Shown here: positions 52,505 through 64,000 of the stretch, piece after piece
Numbering within the stretch: the first letter of the stretch is position 1
How the letters are laid out: each line of letters starts with the position of its first letter
NCBI GenBank assembly: GCA_013239625.1
Contig: MU054187.1
Coordinates: 13,052,974 to 13,116,973 of the forward strand
Source of the DNA: Lama guanicoe
Taxonomy: Eukaryota
DNA: 64,000 nucleotides
Direction of reading: 5' to 3'
Notes under the pieces: model-generated
Database searches by the model: none
Told to the model about the DNA's origin: nothing
Seen by the model: only the letters and a program-made list of their open reading frames with translations
Made by a program: the position numbers and the translations under genes

Positions 52505-52735
52505 ATAATGTATAACTATGGGTTGCCTATTGTGTGCCAAATACTGACTGTCCTAAATGTCTGACATTTAATTTCACAAGTATTTGAAGCAGGCACTACT
52601 GTCCCTATTTTACAAATGCAGAAACTGAGGCCCAGAGGTGCTAGTAACTTAGCAGAGACTGCGTATTCCTAAATGATAGAGCTAGGACTGAGTGCAGTCT
52701 GAGTCCAGGGCCTGCTGGGAGCCATTATGCTTTGC
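52505..52735 (-). mobile_element. MIR SINE
   Basis: ccctattttacaaatgcagaaactgaggcccagagg..gagctaggactg. Confidence 0.8.
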
Positions 52736-52749
52736 TGAGCCTATGAAAA

Positions 52750-53440
52750 TGAGTAAGATTCTGTCCCCGTCCACTGGGGGACCAGAGATTTTGCTTGGTG
52801 GTTTATTTGCTTATTTTCAGGAATAGAGGTGAGTTGAAGGTTATAGAAAGCTCAACAAATTATTTAAATACAGTGATATGACTATGACAGATTTATGAAT
52901 GGGGCATCTAACTCAAACTGGATTATAAAAGAAAGGGCTGAGATGTTGCTGACAGGTTGATATGGTGAAGGCATGAAGAACTTCCTATGCCAAGGAACTC
53001 GGGATTTTTACTGTAGTTTTAGCAAAATTGTCTTCCAGATAGATCATTCTGGTTGCACAGACCAGATATAAAAAGAGCAAGAGTGGGGATAAATGAATAA
53101 ATGAGCAATTACTGAAATAATCCAGTCAAGGAAATTTAAGAAGCAAATCCACTGAACTAGGGTGGTGGTAATTAACATCAACTTGAAGTAAGGATTGAGA
53201 ATTATTTTGAAGGTAAAATGAGCAGGATTTGATTGACTGGATATAAAAATGAGGAATTGACAGGAGGGAAGTAAAAGATGACTCAAGATGAATGGAAATG
53301 AAACAAATACACAACGAGGTCAGTTTCAGGCATGTTGAATACCTACCCATGTCTTACGTAGAAGGGATGCCCAGAAAGCATCTGAATGTTCGAATACGAC
53401 ATTCAGAGAGGTGTAAACTGAAGCTAAATGTGTGAGAATA
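52750..53440 (-). mobile_element. L2 LINE fragments
   Basis: agatcattctggttgca, ttttgaaggtaaaatgagcaggatttgattgactggat, tcagtttcaggcatgttga. Confidence 0.65.
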
Positions 53441-54018
53441 TTAATATATTTGTTCTGATCCATTGCAACCATCTTAAAAGGAAAAAAAAGATCACATGTT
53501 ACCAGGAAACAAATACACAGAAAAACAACCTAATCTGAAAGATTGACCTCCACGTACGAGGAAAATAGAAACCATACTTGACATACAACTTCTATTGCTG
53601 TCAGAAGCTACCAAACGCCCAACAGCTAAGAAACAACATCTTACAGCATTTCTAGAATGATTCTTCTGGATTCTTCATTCCTTTCTCAAAGAGCTCTCCC
53701 TACTCCCCACTGTATTTCAGACACTGCTTTGCCCTTTCACTCCTAATTTGCCAGTGGTGTCCCAGCTCTCCTCCTTTTGGAATCTTCCTACGTGCTGGAG
53801 GAGGTGGCTGTGTATACTTGGTAAAAAGGAGAGGAAATCACCTGCTATGAATCAGTTTTTACTCTAAGTAAGCTGCCAAGGGGCTACATTAACAGTGAAT
53901 ACAGGAACTTTCTCCAACCTTGATATTTCTATATTTTTGCTTCAATCAGGTCTATGATCCAAGTGAAAGGGAATTATCTATATTCTGCATTTTCTTACTA
54001 CTTTCCTACAGCATGAGC

Positions 54019-54352
54019 TTTTTTTTTTAATTGAAGTATAGTCAGTTTACAGTGTTGTGTCAATTTCTGGTGTACAGCAAAATAATGTTTCAGTCCGCCA
54101 TATACATACAATATATCCGTTTTCATATTCTTTTTCCTTATACGTCACTACAAGATATCGAATATAGTTCCCTGTGCTATACATTACGACCCTGTTGCTG
54201 ACCCGTTTCTGTGAGGATTCTTCTTGTATTTCTGAAGTAAGAGATATTGTGCCAAAGTTCAACAGGTATTCTGTGTGTAATGTGTAGTTTTGGATGTAAT
54301 CATGGGAGACGGTGATGCGTCCTTCTACTCTGCCATCTTGGCATCTCCCCTC
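54019..54352 (-). mobile_element. Bipartite L1-derived element: L1 5'-UTR head (~54205-54352) joined to L1 3' tail (54019-~54204)
   Basis: Minus strand begins gaggggagatgccaagatggcagagtagaaggacg (L1 5' end with YY1 core) and ends in the same 3' tail as the 35295 copy plus poly(A). Confidence 0.8.
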
Positions 54353-54371
54353 AAGCATAAGAGTTTTTATT

Positions 54372-54394
54372 CACACACACACACACACACACAC
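54372..54394. repeat. (CA)n microsatellite
   Basis: Seen directly. Confidence 0.95.
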
Positions 54395-56117
54395 CGGGAG
54401 TTTTGTCCTGACTTTCTTCCCTACTATAAAAAGTAAAGATATTTACAAGCAATATGGATCCCTCATCTCAGCTGGTCATTCAGAATCTTAACATTTTAAG
54501 GCCAAACTTAGGCCAGATAAAGAGAGGTCTAGTGGTATGATTTGATGAGGTCTGAGAGACTTTGTGCAAAAAAAAAAAACTCTCCCTTAATCTCTACTCA
54601 TTTCAGTTTATGCTTACATTCCCATCTTGGCCTCAGCTTGGTGTTAAGCCATAAAAGGTCACTACTAAAAGGTAAATATGTCATCTGGAGTAAAAACTCA
54701 TCCAGCCATTAAGTTTTATTAGCATACTAGAATAAACTTTTCATATTAACCCACAAGTCACTTGATATGAGTTTAAGAGAAGAGTATAGTGTATTAAACT
54801 TGGGTGGTGGGACAGAAGGAAGAGAATGATCTAGAATATGAGGCAAAGTCAGGGATAAAAGGAAAGCAGGGTCCTGGTGGGGAGGGAGGCAGGGGAAGGA
54901 TGTCAAAAAGAAGGAATAAACACATTTGCCTACAGCAACCTTGCCTAGATGATGAAAAAGCACTTTTACTTCTGAGTCTCTGGGTTTTTTGTTTTTTTTT
55001 TTTTTTTTTTTTTTGAGATGGCTTGGAAACACGGTCATTATTTGCCTGAAAGCCTCCAGGAAACTTTGAATTAAATATGTACATATTGTACTAGTTATCT
55101 TTGAAATGTGATTGGGCTGCAATTATGTCAGTAAAGCTCTAACTACCAAAAGAAAATTGTATGGCATCCTCTATTGTGCCTGGACAAATTTAGATGATTG
55201 AAAGCATAAACCAGGCCATATTTTATACCAGAGCGATGCAAAGAAAAGGAGGAAAACACTGAGTTCACGCATGCTGGATGCTAAGACGACTTCGGGGCTT
55301 TGTAGTGGAAGTGGCGTGCTCCCTGGGGGAAACAGACTCTCCGAAAGAAGTACAGTAGCAATTCTGCCACAGCTACACAAAGTCAAGAAAATGGTTCACT
55401 CAGACTACTGGAGAGCTCCATTTGTTTTGAAAAACCCAGCTTGTAAGTCAGTTTTCCTGGAAATGGCAAATATCGCATACTTAAGGATTAACTCTTTCTG
55501 GGCAAATATTGCACACTTAACTCTTTTTGCTACAGAAGTCTTTCTCATAATCCTCAGGCTGGATTTACTTGGGAGACACGTGTAACCAGAACAACAGCAA
55601 GCACTGCATCTTGTCTCTTTCAATGTCAGGAACTGTCAGACTGGAAAAAGCTCTCAATTCTAGGACCTGTGAACACTATCTTTCAGTTACGAGATAAGCA
55701 TGTCCAAGTACCTGGGATGGTACCTGATAGATATTAGATGCTTGGGAAGTGTTTGTTAAAAATCAGGACAAACAAAAAGATTTTTAAAACACATCTCTCA
55801 GAAAATTTTAATCATTGGGATCTTCAAACAATGCAACACCAGATTACTTCTCCCCTCCCCTCTGATGTTCCATTAGACTTGGCGATACAAAAGGGACTTG
55901 ATCAGCACTGGAATGACAGATGTGTGAGCTGTGCGATACTTCCTATTCTAGACGCATCTGTTCTTATACCTGCTTTTCAGATCATTTCCTTTCTCATTAT
56001 TTTTCTTGTGCTCCACATATTATTTTGCAGGGAAAGAAACTATAAGGCTCCCCAGCTCTCATCCCCCACACTATCAGGGCTGGAGTTTAGTAATTCTAAT
56101 TCACTCAAGGTTGCCTG

Positions 56118-56308
56118 CAGGATTGCAGATTTAGTGAATAAAAATACAGGCTGCCCAGTTAAATTTTAATTTAGATAAACAGCAAATAATTTTTAGAATA
56201 AGAATGTCCTGGGAAACATTTGGGATGCACTTTACCAAAAAAATTCTTCATTGTTTATTTTACATTAAAATTTAGCCGGACATCCTGTATCTTTATTTGG
56301 CAATACTA
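56118..56308 (+). mobile_element. MER53 palindromic hAT MITE
   Basis: cagatttagtgaataaaaatacaggctgcccagttaaatt...aaatttagccggacatcctgtatctttatttggcaatacta; arms are inverted repeats. Confidence 0.9.
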
Positions 56309-56963
56309 GTTATTTGATAGAATCATAGATTATGACTTAGAATTTAGCCCTTTACAGGTAGGGATGGTCAAGCCTGGAGATAAAGAGATCAGTGTAACTC
56401 AGACAATAACAGCCTTGACCACCACCTAGACCTCTGAACCCCTAGTCAAGAGCTCTTCTACAATCTTGCCTCTTTGTAAAAGCATCTGGTTAAATTTAGC
56501 CACTTGCCTTTATTCAGCTGAGTACGTATCCTTTCTAGCTTCCAAGTGTAGAGGGCATTTTTATTACACTGAATGGTTGGTTCTGTCCCCATTTTTTGTT
56601 AATAAACTTGGTAATCAGTTAACTATGACCTTTATTGTAGCACTTCTGATATTGAATTGAAAATACTTCTATACATATATTTCTTTCCAAGAAAAGTATA
56701 TACTCCTTAAGGTCATGAATTCTACTCATCTCAAATGCTCAGTGACTAGCCCCAGGCCTTGGATCACGGTAGCCTCTCACTAAGTACTTAATAAATCTCT
56801 AAAAATGGTTAAACAGCTTAAACAAATAAATAGTATTCAAAGTGAAAGAGACAGACTTCAGTACTCCCAAATGAACATGGAAAGATCAGACTACAGATTT
56901 ACCCTTGAGGTCTACACGCTCAGAATGTAGAAATACACACTTTCACAAAGTAATCTTCGACAC

Positions 56964-57393
56964 TGTGGTGGTTGAATTTATATGCCAAGTTCAATGGCCA
57001 GCGTGTGCCCAGATTAAACATTATTTCTGGAGGTGTCTGTGAGGGTGTTTCCTAATGAGATTAGCATTTTAGTTAGTGGCCTCAGGAAAGTAGACTGACC
57101 TCCCCAAAGCAGGTGGACATCATTCAATCCATTAGGGACTGGATTAGAATACAAAGTGGAGGAAGGAGGAATTTGTCCCTTTTCCCTGCCTCCCTGTTAG
57201 TCTGGGACACCTCATCTCATCTCCTCCTTCCCTCGGACTCGGATTTACACCATCAGGCCTTCAGACTCAGGACCTGAGACTGAACTAGACCGCTGGGATT
57301 GTGGGACCTCTCAGGCTCCACAGTCACAAGAGCAAAGTCCTCATAATAAACCTCTTACTGGTTCTGCTTTTCAGGAGCACCCTGACTAATACA
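56964..57393 (+). mobile_element. MLT2 (ERVL, MLT2B-like) solo LTR
   Basis: TG..CA termini; aaacattatttctgg..gtgtctgtgagggtgtttcc..gagattagcattt; ends ctggttctg..ccctgactaataca. Confidence 0.9.
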
Positions 57394-58333
57394 ATGTCAT
57401 TGTTGGAAATAAATACACACCAGGTGGGCCTTGATGATAAACTGGTACTAGGAATACTACCTCTGTAACAAATGATACCCAACACTGAAGGTCAGTAATG
57501 TACCCAATGTGCCCATAGAGCACAGGGGAAGAAACAAATCTGGGCTTGAACCCAGGTGTCTACAGTTCCAAGCCCATGTACTTAACTACCATGTAGGGGT
57601 CCTACTGGTGGTCTCCCATCTCATTGGTGCCTCCAGTTGTTGGATATTTCAATATCAGCTCCTCCCTGGGATGAGAGGCACCTACCTAAATTGTGTCAAT
57701 AATTTTCATAGGTAGCATGATCACTTCTTGACTTAAATAAGTATTTGTTTAATTTACTTTTTAGGAAATTATTTTTTAGGAGGTGAATGTGTTCATGTAT
57801 TTGCTTCGCCCTGCATCTCTTTCTGGTTGGGAAACAAACAATACAGATCATACTTTCATTTACTCTAACTTTTAAGAATTTCAATTTTAAATAAAAAATG
57901 TAATACTGTAGAAATAGAATCACTAATTGAATTACTGATTATAGAGGGATTTTGGGTGGTGTACAGCTTGCATTTAATTGTGAGTAAAACTCAACTCATT
58001 AAGAAAAGCTTTCAAATTTGTAAATCAAGTGAATTTGAAAATATGTAAAATACAAGTACACTATTTAGATATGTTTCAAGTCCCATTTATCATATTTCTT
58101 TATAAACCACCCAACTAATTTTCTATTATTCTCTCCTTGATCTATATTTTTACTACTAAAACTCATATTTAGGTTTATATATATTTTTATTTGCACATAT
58201 TTTTAAATCTCTTATAAAGCACATATTCTAAAGCTTGTTCAGAGAAAGAGTGAGATCCAAAATTTCTTCCATATCTCTACAATGATAAAATTCATCAGAT
58301 TTTGTTCCAATATTCCAGAACTTAGTTTTGTAT

Positions 58334-58515
58334 CAGTTCTCAAAGTTTAGTGAACATCAAAATCACTTGGGGTGTTTATGAATGCAGACTTCTGGCCTCC
58401 ATCTCCAGAGATTCTGCTTTGGTAAATCTGGAGGCAGGGAGTCTCTAAGCCTCCCTTTTAACAATGGAGGTGATTCTGACCCAGGTGGACCAAAGACCTC
58501 ATCTTAAGAAATTCT
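58334..58515. mobile_element. MER5A MITE
   Basis: cagttctcaaagtttagtgaacatcaaaatcacttggg..aatgcagacttctggc..ccagagattctg..ggtgattctga. Confidence 0.8.
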
Positions 58516-59599
58516 GATTTCCGTCCTCCACTATGGTATTTCACACGAAAATAAAATAAAATGAGGACTAATGTTCTGGTTCTCAACCCTGGCAGCACAT
58601 CAGAATCTCTAGGTCTGGAGAGGGGCAAGGGCCTTCAGTTTGGTCCAGAGTCAAGGTTGAGAGCTACTGGCTCAGTAAATATGAGGCAGGACTAGAGGGT
58701 GCTGCCACGCGGCTCCTTATGTCGCTGGTAGGATATATCTTAATTAATAAGCAAACCTTGTGTTTAGAAGTAACAGCAGCAGCAAATACACTTCCATTAA
58801 ATTTCTTTGTTTCTTCACTCCTTAGCAACTTGTGACAGGAACAGGTGAGTCTCGAGGTGACCACCCACATAGAAGAAGCCCTGTTCTCCCCTCGGTCCAA
58901 AAAGACTGAAGTTTAGGAATGCTTTTACGGCAGCAGAGTTTGCTGTCTTCTGAAAAAATTCCATCATTTTTCTGATCTAACAGATTTTTGTGGGTGCTAC
59001 AACAGCCACGGCCAGCTTGGAGAACGCAGCCAGCTCTTTCCTCAAATATCGGTCCCTCAGATGCTTCAGACACCAGAAAAGCTGAGTTCATTTGCTCAGT
59101 CAGCTTTATTACCCCTCCAGCACCCATTTGAATTATTTTGTATTAAAACTGAGAGAGCGAAGAGGTGGACTCTGCATTCACGTCCAACACCCCACCACTG
59201 TGACTGTGTACCAAGAGGAGCCAAAGGCAAAAGCATTTAGAAAAGGCATGAAGGTGACTTGCAAAGAAGCATTGCCAAGGAGGCCGGCCTTTAGAAGTAC
59301 CAGCTCAAGATTCCACTGAATTTGTGGTTTTTACTTACGTGTTTGTTTCCCTCAGCATTCTTTACCTCAAAGTGTTCTTCTCCCTGACTGGGAGACACGA
59401 TGTATATCCTTTGCCATCACTGCCTCAGAGAGGCAGATATCGTGGGAATTCCTTCTCAAACCTATGTGTGCCTATTACAATAGTTACTATTATTGTAGTT
59501 TTGCAATTTTAATTGTATTCCATAAAAGGCACTCTGTGTGTGTTGTCATTATGGTTTGATAACTAATGCTTGGGAAAATACCTTTGATAAAAGCAAATT

Positions 59600-60830
59600 A
59601 AAAAATTTTCTATAACCATCCATCAGTATAAAATCCAAATGGATTAAAGACTTACATGTAAAAACATGAAATCATAAAGATACTAGAGAAAAACCCTGTG
59701 GAGAACTGCTTGATAGCCTGAAAGAGAGAAAGATCTCTCTAACTATGAAGCAAAATCCTAAAACCTAATAGAAGGAAAGACCGATAAATTCAATAGCATA
59801 AATGTTGAGAGTGGGCATGACAAATTACCATAGGCAAAAATAAAAGACAAGCAATAGACTGTGCAAAAATATTTGCAGGTTGTATAGAAAGGGCTCAGCT
59901 TAACATATTAAAAGCTCATAAGAATCTGCAAGAGAAAGACCAACAAACAATAGAAAAGGGAAAGGACAAAAATTCATAGAAGAGAAACAATAACAGACCC
60001 TTAGAGACAGAAAATGTTCAACTCCACTAATAACAACAGCAACAATAATAATATCCCAACCATACTGTGTGCCAGATACTGGTCTAGCTCTTTATATATG
60101 TTAACATATTTAATCATTAAAACAACCCTGTGAGGTAGTTTATACTCTTTTCAATAGAAGCATAGAAAATGGAGGCACCGAGAAGTTAAGAACTCTGCCC
60201 AAGGTCACAGAGCTGATGAGCAGTAAAGCCCGAATTTAACCCCGAGTATCTGGGCCCCAGAGTAGGCGCTCCTAACCATCACGCATACATCCTTTCCTAA
60301 TAAGAGAACCGCACATTGGAACCACATTGAGATTTCAACAATTTTGCCAACTCTCAGACAGACAAAAATTTCAGTTTGTTAATATACTCTCTTGGCAAAG
60401 GAGTGGAGAACACAGGCACTTTGGATACACTGCTGGTGAAGTGTTTGCACTTTTGGCGCCTACTGAGGGCAATCCGGCAGTGGCTGTAAAAATTACAGAT
60501 GCATGTGCTTTTGGAGCCAGCAATCCCACCCCTGGGAATTTATCACACATACATCATTGTGCACATACAACATGACACGTTTCTAAGATCATTATGCACA
60601 TAGCGTTGCTTGTAACAGCAAAAAAAAAAAAAAAAGAGAGAACTTGCAAATGCACATCATAATGGCATAGCCACTTAATAGAATGCTGTGCATCTATAGA
60701 AGGAATAAAGCAGCCCTCTATATACTGATACGGAATGATCTCCAACACATAGTAAATGCAGAAAACAAGGTGCAGACCACTGTGTGCAGTGAGCTGTCTT
60801 TTCCACAGAGAGAAGAAATAAGAGTATATA
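59600..60830 (+). mobile_element. Ancient L1M LINE fragment interrupted by a MIR
   Basis: ccaaatggattaaagactta, aaaatatttgca, tgctggtgaagtgt, ccagcaatcccacccctgggaatttatc. Confidence 0.85.
60034..60296 (-). mobile_element. Near full-length MIR nested in L1
   Basis: tactgtgtgccagatact..aacaaccctgtgaggtag..gaggcaccgagaagttaag..gcccaaggtcacagagct; flanked by ctaataa. Confidence 0.88.
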
Positions 60831-62134
60831 TTCATCATACGGGGAGGGAACAAGAAAAGAGGATTCTGAATTCCAAACCTGGATCCCTTCTCAAAGGAAA
60901 AGTATTAGCCTAACCTCAAAATACTGACAAATAAATAGACCTTATGTTTTCTAAATTAAAAGGGACTGATAAAATATGAATTCATTATATTTTTATGAGT
61001 CACTAGTCAACTTTGTCAATGAATCTGATCAGGGCTTGTTGGGTTTAAACGTGCTGCTCTGACTAAGGGACCCTCCACGTCAAGGTGCTACCTCACCGCC
61101 CAAGTCGGCTGAGCTGTGTCTCTGTGCATCTGCTGTTGCACTTTCTCCTTTGTCTGGATTCACATTTCTCTCCATCAGACAGAAAAACTTATTATCCAAA
61201 CTCTTCTTCGAAGTCTTCAATGACATTAAAACCATGTGGAACTCACCAGAACAAACTGGTTTTTCGAAAGGGCACTGTTACTGGTTATCCAGAAAAAATA
61301 CATTTTGTCACTCTTATTCTATAGCACGAAGTGGCCAAATAAATTACTCTACCGTATTTTTCATAACAGATTATTTTGTTTGACTTCTTAAAGTAAGCAA
61401 ATATATCATTTTTCTGGAAGTAGCCTAAATCACACAATTTCATAAATATTAAAAAACAAGAAAACCAACTTTTCTTCAGTACTATTATTCCTCCACAAAA
61501 GGTCAACTTTTTATAACCCATGCAATAAATTATTTTAAAAATTACCTTCATACAAAAAGAAGCAGACAGCTTATTGCTTAATCAAGCTACTTTAGAAAGT
61601 ACGCTTATGCAGGAAGAAAGCCATCCCTAAAATATCTTAATTGCCTGAAAAGAATTTCAGAATTTCTTAAACAAAGGAAACTCATTATTTGGCACTGGAC
61701 TATGCATGCTCCTTTCTATGTGAACTTCAATGCAACCTGACTTTCAGTACCTTAAATATAAAGTTCAGTAGTGCCTTAGCCACTGTGAGTCAACAGAATG
61801 TAAAAAGAAAAAATCTCTATATGCTTCACTAAGAGTGTCTACAAATACGTTATAACCGAATACCAACAGAATGCCATTTTTATTTCAAAAATATAGCTAA
61901 GGAAGGTTTAAATACATAGCCTTTTTACTATACACTTGAATCTACTCCACTGGAGAGTACAATGTCATTGTCATTAAAGATAATAAATCGCTTTTTGTTT
62001 TAAAGAATTAATGCTTTACTAGTAGAAAGAAGAAAGTGCTATTCGCAAATAGATTGGCACAAGAATTCCAAACCGAAACAGTGCTTCTAGCTGAAAGAAT
62101 CACAGATTAGGGGTGTGCTATTTGGGATTCTTGT

Positions 62135-62540
62135 TCTGTAATTATATACTATCCTACCCTCCCACAATAATTTCTTATTTTAATCTGTAATAAAATATGG
62201 AATTATTTTATGAAAGTTAGGCCTGACCATGTGACTTTCTTTGACCCATGGGATATAAGCTAGATGTGACACTAGTAAAATCTTAAAGCATGCTGTTTCA
62301 AGTGATCATCAGATCCAGTGTGATGAGAGACTTATGGGGCAAATCTGAACCAAAGCAAACCCTAAAGCAAACACAGCCAACCCATGGCCTGAAACAGAGC
62401 TGCCCAGCCGAGCCCAGCCGAGCCCAGCCGAGCCCAGCCCAAAGCAGCCAATCTGCAGACTCTTGGCACGAAAATGGCACGTCAGCTGTCATAAGCCAAG
62501 AAAATGTTTGTTCGTCATGTGGCATGATAAGCCGCCTGCT
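62135..62540 (+). mobile_element. Old MLT1 (MLT1H/I-like) LTR containing a (GCCCAGCCGA)3.8 repeat at 62402-62439
   Basis: ccatgtgactttctttgacccatggga..gatgtgaca; gcctgaaacagagctgcccagccgagcccagcc. Confidence 0.65.
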
Positions 62541-62919
62541 GATGGGCTTTGAATTGAACATAAAGGATGGATAAAATTTCAGTATTGAAATTTAAATATC
62601 TAACAAGGAGGAAAAGGACTTCCCAGGCTGAAGAACCACGTGAGTAATGACATCCATCCCATCAATCGTTCATCAAGATCTCTCATTCTTTCTTTTCATT
62701 CTTACTGCTTTGACATTTTTGAAGAAGATGCTGAATTTATCTTCATATCTCACCTACTATTGTAAGAGTCTCCTAAGGTGTTTTCTTCACTTCTTCACTT
62801 TAAACTACCCTGTCCATAAAAGCCAGATTAATGGTGCTAAAAAAAAAAAATGACAGTGTAAATTTCCTATTGAGAAACCTTCAATCCATCACCATGCAGA
62901 CTGAACTAATCTGTTAAGC

Positions 62920-63350
62920 TATTCTTCATTTCACTAAATATCTTTTGAGTACCTACTATAGTCCAGCATGACTACCAGATGTAGGCAATAAAAAGCCAAA
63001 CTCAGACATGGTCCGAGATGTGTAAGGAAACCAACTGTTTCACAGCTATGAGACAAGACCATGATGGAATTGTGCAGAGAGCTGGCAGACCTTCAGGTTC
63101 AGGCAAAACATCTTCTCAAAAGAGGTGATGCTTAAATTGAGTTTTTTTGTTTTGCTTTGATGAGTAGAAATTAACTCCAGGAAGAGATCCGTTACATAGG
63201 GGTTACGTAAGACTTGCAGGGCATTCTAGGCAGAGTAAACAGCATAGGCGAGAACACTGACTGTGCCACAGCACAAAGGCTCATGGTTAGAACGGAAGGT
63301 GCATATGAGGAAGAGAAGTAGGTGGCAGTCCATTCATGAAGCCATTAGAC
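62920..63350 (-). mobile_element. L2 LINE 3' end
   Basis: aaatatcttttgagtacctactat..cagacatggtcc..gggcattctaggcagagtaaacagcat. Confidence 0.7.
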
Positions 63351-63544
63351 TTCCTGTAAGGTCCACGTCCCATGCTGCTGCTTAAAACATGCTGTCACTG
63401 ATGTTTTTGTTCACATTTAATAAATCAAGCCTCAGGATTATATTAAAAAATGGGAGGAATTTATGCAACTAATACATTAATCTTAAATATTTTCTTTCCA
63501 TTAACACAAGGAACAAAGTGAGAAGGAGAAAATACCACCAAACT

Positions 63545-63740
63545 AGGAACCAGAGTGGGATTTCAGTACTGCTTTATCGTGTCCTGGACCTGGTTCACTA
63601 GCCTGGTGACCCTGGCCAAGACTCATACACTCTTTGAAACCCAGTCCCCTTCCCAGTATAAAGGCAGGTAACATTTTCCGTGTGTTCATATTTTGGTGTC
63701 ATGATCAAATGACACCTATGGAAGCACGTCCCAGTCTAGA
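63545..63740 (+). mobile_element. MIR fragment
   Basis: cactagcctggtgaccctggccaag..ctctttgaaacccagt..gtataaagg. Confidence 0.55.
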
Positions 63741-64000
63741 AAGTGCCACATCAATTCTAAGCACACCCACAAATTGTAAGAGGTTTTGCCTTTTGTACAA
63801 TGCTAACACCGATTTTATCAAAGAATACATCGCTAGCTTCCCTAATACTCTTTCAGAATGGCTTCACAAATGAATGATAATGTCTTCTAAGCTCATTAGA
63901 GTTCATAGGTAAATTTCAGAAAGATGCCCAGCAGTCCAGAACTACATATGCCACATGAGACATTATGCAGGGAGAGTCAAAAAAGAGTTTAGAAAAAGAA

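Noticed and set aside
55738..56169. 143-aa ORF
   Set aside because: Starts in a degraded repeat tail and ends in MER53; no known protein features.
58826..58844. 19-nt plus-strand micro-exon (ccttag|..acag|gtgagt)
   Set aside because: Isolated, frame-shifting length and on the strand opposite the inferred host gene; compatible with chance.
61546..61644. 99-nt minus-strand exon-like segment (ttttcag| .. aag|gtaatt)
   Set aside because: Stops in all three frames and no further support; probable pseudo-exon.

Overview
64 kb of AT-rich eutherian non-coding DNA, most likely from a camelid (camel/alpaca). The assignment rests on a tRNA-derived Vic-1-like SINE at ~15.1 kb and five copies of a cetartiodactyl/camelid-type L1 3' end. 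I found no supportable protein-coding exon, RNA gene or CRISPR array. The ORF track consists of chance ORFs and frames within decayed repeats. Much of the window is interspersed repeat: MIR, L2, L1M/L1MB, MLT1/MLT2/LTR16-type solo LTRs, and MER2, MER47, MER53 and MER5 DNA transposons. Repeat-free blocks between them look like enhancers. Old L1s and LTRs lie mostly on the + strand, suggesting the window is inside a large intron of a gene transcribed on the - strand; that gene cannot be identified here. The most unusual object is a ~335-bp bipartite retroelement at 54019-54352, an L1 5'-UTR head with a YY1 site fused directly to an L1 3' tail. Repeat names come from recalled consensus sequences, not from a search, and boundaries are approximate unless target-site duplications (TSDs) are given.
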